IMG/VR virus record: IMGVR_UViG_3300025902_000018
DNA: 20,000 nt
Direction: 5' to 3' (one strand)
Origin: an uncultured virus (IMG/VR IMGVR_UViG_3300025902_000018)
Taxonomy: Duplodnaviria > Heunggongvirae > Uroviricota > Caudoviricetes
Below, in pieces: positions 1 to 6,867 of the stretch (position 1 is its first letter; every line of letters begins with the position of its first letter). The notes under the pieces were generated by a model. The model made no database searches, was not told the origin of the DNA, and saw only the letters and a program-made list of their open reading frames with translations. The position numbers and the translations under genes were made by a program.

Positions 1-330
1 GTAGTAGATCTTGTTCGGCGGTATAGTGGGGATCACTGCATTGTCATTCTAACCGGGAGAGAAGCCCTCGCTAAAGACCAAACTGAACTCTGGTTGAAAA
101 AACATGATATCCCCTTTGATATCTTGATAATGCGAGAGATTTCAGACAATAGACGAGGAGATATAGTAAAGGAAGAGTTGTTTTGGTCTAAGATTGCAAA
201 TTCGTTCAATGTGGTTTTTGCTATTGAGGATACCCCTAAAGTAGTCAGGATGTGGCAATCTATCAATGTTCCGGTGTTCGCTATCGGAAACCAATACATC
301 GAGAAGTCTTGGCAGAAACCTAAACTCTAA
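1..330 (+). CDS. pseT: Polynucleotide kinase 3'-phosphatase (HAD domain, T4 PseT-like), 5'-truncated by the window edge
   Basis: Frame is open from position 1: VVDLVRRY..IVILTGRE..TELWLKKHDIPFDILIMR..DNRRGDIVKEEL..FAIEDTPKVVRMW. This matches the HAD motifs of the PNKP phosphatase (TGR, LIMR..D.R, EDxxxVVxMW). Confidence 0.8.
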   Translation, partial: VVDLVRRYSGDHCIVILTGREALAKDQTELWLKKHDIPFDILIMREISDNRRGDIVKEELFWSKIANSFNVVFAIEDTPKVVRMWQSINVPVFAIGNQYIEKSWQKPKL

Positions 331-343
331 AAGGAAGTCTTTT

Positions 344-883
344 ATGAAATTAACCTTTCAAGTTCTCTCTTCCCCCTCTCAGGTGGCTCCGTTTAAACAT
401 GCCATTGAGAAACATCTCATGGATCTACCTCCGGAAGATAGGAACTTTAGATTCTTTGGAGTATCTAAAGCCAATGTAGACTTCTGGATTAATAAAATTA
501 CTACTTCCTCTGACTCTAAGCATATTATAGTGCTTATCTTCGATGAGGATGAAGTTGTAGCTGCTGGAGATATAGCGTACAGCACCCCCAAGAATGTTGC
601 TGAGTTAGCATTATCGGTATCCCCTGAGGTACGGAAACTACTGGTTACCACTACAGATATCCCTAATGAACTAGAAAGCACACAGGATGGCACCAAGATC
701 AATAAGTGGTTACTAGGAACATTGGTTGATATTGCTAAAGGAGATGGGTTTAACGGAGTTTCCTACTCAACGATGCCAGAAAATCAGAAAATGTTGACCT
801 TAGGAAAGAATATGGGATTTTCACATAAATGGATTGATGGAGCAGTTATGGGAGAAAAGAACTTTCAAGGAGACGAATTGTGA
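344..883 (+). CDS. GNAT-family N-acetyltransferase
   Basis: AAGGA SD before ATG at 344. Contains the RxFRFFG motif, AELALSVSPEVR and a C-terminal ENQKMLTLGKNMGF, typical of Pat-like GNAT domains. Confidence 0.65.
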   Translation: MKLTFQVLSSPSQVAPFKHAIEKHLMDLPPEDRNFRFFGVSKANVDFWINKITTSSDSKHIIVLIFDEDEVVAAGDIAYSTPKNVAELALSVSPEVRKLLVTTTDIPNELESTQDGTKINKWLLGTLVDIAKGDGFNGVSYSTMPENQKMLTLGKNMGFSHKWIDGAVMGEKNFQGDEL

Positions 884-1077
884 TTTGTCCATCCTGTCAG
901 GAGGAAGAGATTTCCCAAGGTAGACTAAAGTTAGGGTATTGGATCTGTCTGACCTGTGGGGAAGAAATGGCTAAACGACAACGGTCTGCCTGGACGGTCG
1001 TGCCACTTCACAAGTCCTCCTACATTCTTGTCACTGACAAGAGTCTCCTTTCCCAGTTGAACAAAACTGCGGCCTAG
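880..1077 (+). CDS. Small C4 zinc-finger protein (TraR/DksA-finger-like)
   Basis: CPSC..I..GRLKLGYWICLTC; GTG start overlaps the upstream stop; AGGAG SD. Confidence 0.55.
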   Translation: MICPSCQEEEISQGRLKLGYWICLTCGEEMAKRQRSAWTVVPLHKSSYILVTDKSLLSQLNKTAA

Positions 1078-1080
1078 CAT

Positions 1081-1104
1081 AGAATGCCCCGAACGGGGCA
1101 TTCT
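1081..1104 (+). terminator. Stem-loop, probable intrinsic terminator
   Basis: Perfect 10-bp inverted repeat AGAATGCCCC-GAAC-GGGGCATTCT just after the stop codon; U-tract is weak. Confidence 0.55.
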
Positions 1105-1126
1105 TCATTCATTCAAGGAGAACACC

Positions 1127-1489
1127 ATGGCGATGCCAACTTTATCCTTTTCGGCTCTTTCCCAACTCTCTGACTGGGAAGAAGAGTTAGTAAGTTCTTT
1201 CTTAGACCACCATAATCGAATCAGACCTTTCTGGCAAGGAAGATTATCTTTTCCTGAAAAGTTTGTCTATGGTCATCTATTAAATAAGTTATATGAGGAT
1301 CCTAGATTCTGTGTTCCGGTAATCCCACTTTCGGATCCCTTTATCTACCCATTCAGAAAGTACATTGATTCTGGAGATTGGCGAGGTTTTAAAGAACAAC
1401 TTAATTATGATCCAGTAGACTTACTAATCCTTATTCAGAAACTTTTGAAACTAGTGACACTTGATCAACACACAATCACGTTAAGGTGA
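1127..1489 (+). CDS. Hypothetical protein
   Basis: AAGGAG SD, 120-aa ORF. Confidence 0.65.
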   Translation: MAMPTLSFSALSQLSDWEEELVSSFLDHHNRIRPFWQGRLSFPEKFVYGHLLNKLYEDPRFCVPVIPLSDPFIYPFRKYIDSGDWRGFKEQLNYDPVDLLILIQKLLKLVTLDQHTITLR

Positions 1490-1495
1490 ACTAAG

Positions 1496-1690
1496 ATGGG
1501 AAAAATATTTCAATTTCCAGGCAAGAAATCTAACCTTAAGAAAGGTAAAGTAGTTTCCAGGAAGGGTGGTACTCCTTCTAGTGGAACACCTACTTTAACT
1601 AGATTTACCTGGGTGGGGTTTCCAAGACCACCTGCGTTGAATGCAGAGTTTAACATGTTTCAACCCCCTATAAATGATATAAATAGGTAA
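1496..1690 (+). CDS. Small basic hypothetical protein, 3' end probably replaced by the IS insertion
   Basis: MGKIFQFP start. A plausible original C-terminus (YFDDYDLPPPTCA*, 2955-2996) lies just past the right end of the element. Confidence 0.45.
   Translation: MGKIFQFPGKKSNLKKGKVVSRKGGTPSSGTPTLTRFTWVGFPRPPALNAEFNMFQPPINDINR
1678..1685 (+). promoter_or_regulatory. T4-type late promoter upstream of tnpB
   Basis: Exact TATAAATA 32 nt before the GTG start; a near copy (TATAAATG) at 1669-1676. Confidence 0.55.
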
Positions 1691-1717
1691 AAATTCATCT
1701 AAAACGGTAAATTCCAC

Positions 1718-2935
1718 GTGAGCCATAAAGCCTTTAAACTTAGACTAGATCCCACACCAGAACAAACAGTCTTGTTGAACAAGACTTTTGGTTGTGTCCG
1801 GGCCATCTGGAATCAAAGAGTCTATAGCTTCAATAATTGGAGTCCAGGAACTGACACAGTAGAACCTACCATCAAGGAGTTAAAGGTTATCTATCCTTGG
1901 TTGTCTGAAGTTCCTTACAACGCATTAGAACAGAAACTCAACGATTGGCGGTCATTTAAGTCCCAATTCTTCAACAAGAAAAGGAAAAAGAAATTAGGAA
2001 GACCAAGCTTTAGAAGTCGTAGAGGACGTCAATCTTTTAGGTTATCTGTGAATGGATTTTCCTTTAAAGATAATCAAGTAGTGGTCTCTAAAATAGGTAA
2101 ACTAAATCTTGTTGGTTATGATTTATCAATTTTACCTTTAGAGACTTGCAAGTCTATCACCATCTCTAAAGACCCTTCTGGGAAGTGTTTTTGTTCTATT
2201 CTTCTAGAAGTTACTATAGAACCTAAACCATTGACCGGTCAGATGGTTGGTATAGATTTAGGCATCAAAGATCTTTACATTCTTTCAGATGGTCAAGTTG
2301 TTGAAAACCCGAAGTGGTACCATGAAAACCAAGTGGTGCTGAAGAAGGCTCAACAACGGTTAGATAGAAAGGTTAAAGGTAGTAAACGGTATGAAAAGCA
2401 GCGAATCAAGGTAGCTAAGGTCTATGAGAAGATAAAGAACCAGAGAAACTACTTCCTTCACAACATCTCTTCTTCCTTAGTGACCAATTATGATCTTATC
2501 TGTCTTGAAGATTTGAACGTCTCTGGAATGGTCAAGAACCACTGTCTCTCTAAGGCCATCCAGAACGCTTCATGGTCTTCTTTTGTATCCATGTTGACCT
2601 ACAAGTGTGATTGGTATGGAAAAACCTTGGTAAAGGTTGATCGGTTCTTTCCTTCCTCTAAGACTTGTTCTTCCTGTGGCTTCAAGATGGTCAAGATGCC
2701 TTTGTCTATTCGAGAATGGATCTGTCCTTCTTGTGGGTCAAGACACCATAGAGATCATAACGCTGCAAAGAACATTCTCCAGGAAGGCTTTAGAATCATA
2801 ACTGGTCAGGAGTTTGCTAGTTTCCCTAAACTAGCTTCGGCAGAGTGTGTCGAATACAGACGTGGAGAGGTTGTAAGTCTATTTGATGCTCGTCATCACT
2901 TAGCATCCTTCGTGAAACGTCTAGAAGTTATATGA
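1718..2935 (+). CDS. tnpB: RNA-guided endonuclease TnpB
   Basis: N-terminal KAFKLRLDPT..KTFGCVRAIWN HTH; RuvC-I GIDLG, RuvC-II LEDL, Zn ribbon CSSC/CPSC, RuvC-III RDHNAAKN. Catalytic D/E/D residues are intact. Confidence 0.95.
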   Translation: MSHKAFKLRLDPTPEQTVLLNKTFGCVRAIWNQRVYSFNNWSPGTDTVEPTIKELKVIYPWLSEVPYNALEQKLNDWRSFKSQFFNKKRKKKLGRPSFRSRRGRQSFRLSVNGFSFKDNQVVVSKIGKLNLVGYDLSILPLETCKSITISKDPSGKCFCSILLEVTIEPKPLTGQMVGIDLGIKDLYILSDGQVVENPKWYHENQVVLKKAQQRLDRKVKGSKRYEKQRIKVAKVYEKIKNQRNYFLHNISSSLVTNYDLICLEDLNVSGMVKNHCLSKAIQNASWSSFVSMLTYKCDWYGKTLVKVDRFFPSSKTCSSCGFKMVKMPLSIREWICPSCGSRHHRDHNAAKNILQEGFRIITGQEFASFPKLASAECVEYRRGEVVSLFDARHHLASFVKRLEVI

Positions 2936-2975
2936 ATTTATATGATTTCGGTACTATTTCGATGATTATGATCTA
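2836..2975 (+). ncRNA. Putative omega/reRNA scaffold plus guide overlapping the tnpB 3' end
   Basis: Stems: TTCGGCA/TGTCGAA (2836-2854), AGACGT/ACGTCT (2858-2863/2917-2922), GATGCT/AGCATC (2885-2907), and a terminal hairpin at 2924-2949. Boundaries are inferred from known TnpB architecture. Confidence 0.5.
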
Positions 2976-3004
2976 CCTCCACCTACTTGCGCATAGGAAA
3001 CGTC

Positions 3005-3571
3005 ATGAAAACATTTAAGTCATTTGTCACCACAAAACACGATTTAAGTGAAGCGATATCAACAGATAAGAAGGAAAAATTCAAGAAGATTCTATTCTGC
3101 ACTTTGACTCAGGGAAGGTTAACTCCAAACTCTAGCAATTATGACTACTTCTACAGAGAAGTTGAAGACAATATTGGGGAACTAAAGTTTTTAAATATCA
3201 ATGAAAAATCTGTTCCGAACATAGATATCTTTGTAGAATTTTTCTCTGGTAGTCCAATCTTTAAGTCAGTAAACACTAAAGTAGGTAAAACTCCTATCAT
3301 TAAGTCTTTAGCTGAATTGGAAGGGTACTTCGCTAATGGTAATAAAGAAGAGAAGAATCAGTTCATTAAAGATTACTCTACTCTAGCTGCTAATTTAGAG
3401 TCTGCCTGGAATGGTTATAAAGAGGAAGTAAAGGAAATGGCAAAGGCATACCCAGATGAGTCCTTTATCATCCAAAAAAATGGCTTTGTTGAATCTGTAC
3501 TTCAACTGTTAGAGGCTTCAGATCCGGAGTCACCTATTGTGACCTTATTCCTACCTACTAAACTAATCTAA
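3005..3571 (+). CDS. Hypothetical protein, possible internal head protein
   Basis: AGGA SD before ATG at 3005. N-terminus MKTFKSFV..LSE resembles the T4 capsid-targeting sequence. Confidence 0.6.
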   Translation: MKTFKSFVTTKHDLSEAISTDKKEKFKKILFCTLTQGRLTPNSSNYDYFYREVEDNIGELKFLNINEKSVPNIDIFVEFFSGSPIFKSVNTKVGKTPIIKSLAELEGYFANGNKEEKNQFIKDYSTLAANLESAWNGYKEEVKEMAKAYPDESFIIQKNGFVESVLQLLEASDPESPIVTLFLPTKLI

Positions 3572-4285
3572 AGAGAGTTCTTCATCCTGAAGATCGTTGT
3601 AGTAGTTTCTGATAGAATCGAGATCTCCAGAGTTTCTAATCACCTTAAAGGCTAAGTTCTCTACTGAGTATTCACCACCAGTTTGAAGTCCTGTTTGTCG
3701 CATCTCAGCAATTCTATCTAAAAGACTTTCTACCTGGGTTAAATCTGTGCAGTGAGTTTCTACAATATCTTGAATCTCAGAGATGAGTTCGTTGGCTTTA
3801 GCCTGAACTTGTCCTGAATCAATTGAAATTTGTACTGGTTGAGGTACTGAAAGCCATTCTTGGTTAGTTAATGAATAGACTCCGGCATTCTCAACAATGG
3901 ATTCCTTTTGGGTAGTAGCATAGACTTCTACTGGAATGCCATAGATAGAAATAGAATGTTTGTCATTCCAAAGAGCCTTTTTGGTCTGGATGACATCTTC
4001 AATGGAGATCAGTTCACACGCCCCTTCTTTGGCAAAGTAGTCGGGATTGATGAGTAGATGTACATCTAAATCTGAGTTAGTTGTCCAGTTAAAGTTGGCA
4101 TTAGAGCCAGTAAGTACTATATCAGATACTGAATCCGGGGGAAGAGACTGAGACTCAATAAACTGTGAGGCGATTCTTAGTAGATGATCAGAAACTTCTG
4201 GTTTGATGGTTTGATCTGGATTCCAAATCTTAGGATTTAAGGTTTTCTGGAACTGAGTTTGTTTAAATTCTTTAAAAGGAAGCAT
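3563..4285 (-). CDS. Pol-beta superfamily nucleotidyltransferase
   Basis: IVLTGSNANFNWTTNSDLDVH gives the hGS..DxD motif; third acidic residue in PVEVY; C-terminal GGEYSVENLAFK. Confidence 0.8.
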   Translation of the reverse strand: MLPFKEFKQTQFQKTLNPKIWNPDQTIKPEVSDHLLRIASQFIESQSLPPDSVSDIVLTGSNANFNWTTNSDLDVHLLINPDYFAKEGACELISIEDVIQTKKALWNDKHSISIYGIPVEVYATTQKESIVENAGVYSLTNQEWLSVPQPVQISIDSGQVQAKANELISEIQDIVETHCTDLTQVESLLDRIAEMRQTGLQTGGEYSVENLAFKVIRNSGDLDSIRNYYNDLQDEELSLD

Positions 4286-4315
4286 TGGGTAGGTGTCCTC
4301 GCCAAAGTGGTTTCA

Positions 4316-4328
4316 ACTATTTAGTTTT
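4316..4328 (-). promoter_or_regulatory. Late-promoter-like AAAACTAAATAGT
   Basis: TAAATA core about 30 nt upstream of the nucleotidyltransferase start; the identical 13-mer occurs at 9366-9378. Confidence 0.55.
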
Positions 4329-4338
4329 TCCTGGGGGA

Positions 4339-5007
4339 ATGAGCATGTTTAAAGTGGTAGTCCTTATCTCAGGGGGTGGGAGTAATTTTCTTAAGATAGC
4401 CAGCTATTTCAGAACTCATGAGTTGCCTGTATCCTGTGTTGGTCTCATTTCTAACCGTCCAGAAGCAAAAGGGCTAAAGATCGCAAAAGAGTTCCAGATT
4501 CCACCCTTTGTCCTTGATCACACTACCTTTGTCTCTAGGACTACCTTTGAGCAGGCTTTAGCTCATGTGATTGATTCCCTCTCTCCGGATCTAATAGTCC
4601 TAGCAGGATTCATGCGGGTTTTGTCTAAAGAGTTCACTGAACTGTACCTGGGGAAAATGATCAACATTCACCCCTCTTTGCTGCCAAAATTTAAAGGACT
4701 TCACACTCACCGAAGAGCTTTAGCTGCTAAGGAAGTCGAACATGGGGCTTCAGTTCATTTTGTTTCCCCTGAATTGGATGGTGGTCCCCTCATTGCCCAA
4801 GCAAAACTTCAGGTAGATCCAAAATGGAATACAGAAGTCCTAGGTGATCAGGTTTTAAGAGTGGAGCACCTCCTCTATCCTTTAGTCATTAGGGCCTTTT
4901 CGGAACATAGAATTTCATGGAACAACGGTTGTCCTACCTTTGATGGAAAGCCATTGTCTTCTCCAATTCAACTTGAAGAGTTACTCAATGAATATTACAC
5001 TGATTGA
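4339..5007 (+). CDS. purN: Phosphoribosylglycinamide formyltransferase
   Basis: VVLISGGGSN, DLIVLAGFMRVL, INIHPSLLPKFKGLHTH, HGASVHFV..ELDGGP, EHLLYP. Start is 4339 or 4345. Confidence 0.93.
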   Translation: MSMFKVVVLISGGGSNFLKIASYFRTHELPVSCVGLISNRPEAKGLKIAKEFQIPPFVLDHTTFVSRTTFEQALAHVIDSLSPDLIVLAGFMRVLSKEFTELYLGKMINIHPSLLPKFKGLHTHRRALAAKEVEHGASVHFVSPELDGGPLIAQAKLQVDPKWNTEVLGDQVLRVEHLLYPLVIRAFSEHRISWNNGCPTFDGKPLSSPIQLEELLNEYYTD

Positions 5008-6316
5008 TCCTAAGCAGATTTCAGATCCAGAAGTTCTAGCCATGCTCATGGCTTTTTACTCTAGGTCTACCAAGCCTATTCATGATAGGCTAGAAACACT
5101 GGGAGAGAATGAGTTAAAGATTAAAGAAGCCTTAAAGAAGTATTATATTGGGTATGGACATGACTCTATTGCAGATTGTTCAAGTGTATCCCTATTCTTT
5201 GAGGGAATATCTCTACTTGCAGCTAAGTATTTGGAAGCCACCCCTCTCTTTAATGGTCAGGAATGTTCAACTAGGTATATAGACTTCTCTTCACAAGGAG
5301 TTGTAGATCCCTTTGCCACTCCAGAATCGAAGTTGATTCAAGAAAGATGGTTAGATATGTATATGACACTTCAAGGCCCAGTTAAAGAACATCTTGAAGA
5401 TTTGAATCCAAAAACTAAGTTTCAATCTGAAACTGTCTGGAAGAGGGCAATTACGGCTAAAACCCTAGACATAACCAGGGCATTCTTACCTGTTGGAATG
5501 AAAACGTCTGTTGCCCTTCATATGGGAATGGGCCCACTTAACAAACACCTCCATAGGTTAAGTTCGGTTAATGAGTTCGAAGTTAGAGAGATTGTTGCTA
5601 AAACTCTTCAGTACCTTAAAGAGAAGTTCCCCTATGTGTTTGCTAGAAAAGATTCACCTGAATCCTTATCCTTCAATGCTGACAGTTGTAAATTCAATAA
5701 CCATCTAACTCCCCATACCTCCACTAAGTTTATTCAACCGTTAAGCGTTACAGACAATATTTCATCTGAAATTTATGAGTATGTAGATCTATTAAACAGT
5801 AGACCTAAGGGAACTGAAGTACCTGCATACTTTGCCTCGATGGGAACAGTCACGATAGAGTATGCCCTTGATTATGGGTCATGGAGAGATATTCAACGTC
5901 ATCGAAACGCCGTATATAATAAAGCAACTTCAGTATCCAGTTCTAGAGTTTTTAGCCCTGAGTATCTCAAGCATATTCCCCCAGACTTTAAGCCTTGGGT
6001 ACTCCATGAGGTCAATGAACAGTATAGGTCAATTGAAGAATTAGTCAACGTCTTTATGGATCCTAATAACGTTCAATACTATCTTCCCTTAGGAAACATG
6101 GTGAATGCAAAGTTGATCCTGACAATTCCACAACTTGTCTACATTTTAGAATTAAGATCGTCTCAATCTGTCCACTTTACTTTACGTCAACTTATAGTGT
6201 CTATAGGATCTATTTTGAAACCTAGATATCCTATGCTGTTTCAGCACATGGATGATTCACCAACAGAGTTTAACTTCGCACGAGGATACCAGACCATTGC
6301 CAAAAAAGACCGATAA
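4988..6316 (+). CDS. thyX: FAD-dependent thymidylate synthase, long two-domain Thy1 type
   Basis: GYGHDSIAD, QECSTRY, RAFLP, DYGSWRDIQRHR, YYLPLG, ELRS..VHFTLR. Confidence 0.85.
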   Translation: MNITLIDPKQISDPEVLAMLMAFYSRSTKPIHDRLETLGENELKIKEALKKYYIGYGHDSIADCSSVSLFFEGISLLAAKYLEATPLFNGQECSTRYIDFSSQGVVDPFATPESKLIQERWLDMYMTLQGPVKEHLEDLNPKTKFQSETVWKRAITAKTLDITRAFLPVGMKTSVALHMGMGPLNKHLHRLSSVNEFEVREIVAKTLQYLKEKFPYVFARKDSPESLSFNADSCKFNNHLTPHTSTKFIQPLSVTDNISSEIYEYVDLLNSRPKGTEVPAYFASMGTVTIEYALDYGSWRDIQRHRNAVYNKATSVSSSRVFSPEYLKHIPPDFKPWVLHEVNEQYRSIEELVNVFMDPNNVQYYLPLGNMVNAKLILTIPQLVYILELRSSQSVHFTLRQLIVSIGSILKPRYPMLFQHMDDSPTEFNFARGYQTIAKKDR

Positions 6317-6329
6317 AACCTATATTCAG

Positions 6330-6497
6330 ATGTTGAAGATCATTATTGAACGTGAACTAAGGGACAAGGATGTCAGTGAATTGAACTTGGAACTGTGTAG
6401 AGCCTATGCCAGATCTATCTCTGACTATATTAAGAATGAAAAGGAGGTAGGGCAAAAAAACCCTAAACTCCTTCTGGAAAGGAAGCTCTATGTCTGA
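6330..6497 (+). CDS. Small hypothetical protein
   Basis: Fills the gap between thyX and terL-N; stop overlaps the next start; start uncertain. Confidence 0.4.
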   Translation: MLKIIIERELRDKDVSELNLELCRAYARSISDYIKNEKEVGQKNPKLLLERKLYV

Positions 6498-6867
6498 CGA
6501 CACCGCATATAAAGGGAATAAGTCGTTAAAGAAGGCGTATGAGGATTTTGAGTTTACTGAAGAACAAGTCCAAGAGTTTGTTAAGTGTGCTAAGGATGTA
6601 AACTACTTTGCTTCTAATTTTGTCAAAGTAGTTCATCCAGATAGGGGTCTCATTCCCATCAAACTCTATGATTACCAACAGGAGCTTCTATCCCACTTTA
6701 AAGAAAACAGGAACTGTATTGTTCTGTCTTCCAGGCAAAGTGGGAAGTGTTTAGGGGGGGATACACCACTGTCAGTAAAGAGAACCGAGGACTCAGAGCC
6801 CCTTACGCTGACCTTTGAAGCTCTTTTTGAGACCCTTAAAGGTTGTAGTGGATTCCATCTTCAATAA
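6490..6867 (+). CDS. terL: Terminase large subunit N-terminal fragment (86 aa) fused to a split-intein N part
   Basis: gp17-like YKGNKSLKKA, KCAKDVNYF, adenine-binding LYDYQ and Walker A SRQSGK, followed directly by CLGGDT. Confidence 0.9.
   Translation: MSDDTAYKGNKSLKKAYEDFEFTEEQVQEFVKCAKDVNYFASNFVKVVHPDRGLIPIKLYDYQQELLSHFKENRNCIVLSSRQSGKCLGGDTPLSVKRTEDSEPLTLTFEALFETLKGCSGFHLQ
6748..6867 (+). other. Atypically short N-intein (39 aa)
   Basis: Block A CLGGDTPLSV followed by LTFEALFETL and a stop; no block B. Confidence 0.85.

Larger units (their letters stand above)
1655..2954 (+). mobile_element. IS200/IS605-family (IS1341-like, tnpB only) insertion; ends approximate
   Basis: tnpB without tnpA. 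AT-rich TTTAAC directly 5' of the inferred left end; subterminal hairpin at 2924-2949 ending 5 nt before the inferred right end. Confidence 0.6.

Noticed and set aside
1655..2954. IStron (group I intron plus TnpB)
   Set aside because: Only about 60 nt lie upstream of tnpB, too short for a group I core, and no core motifs were recognised.
6754..6761. Poly-G run in the N-intein as a phase-variation or frameshift site
   Set aside because: The current frame gives a proper block A (CLGGDT) and downstream helix; nothing supports slippage.
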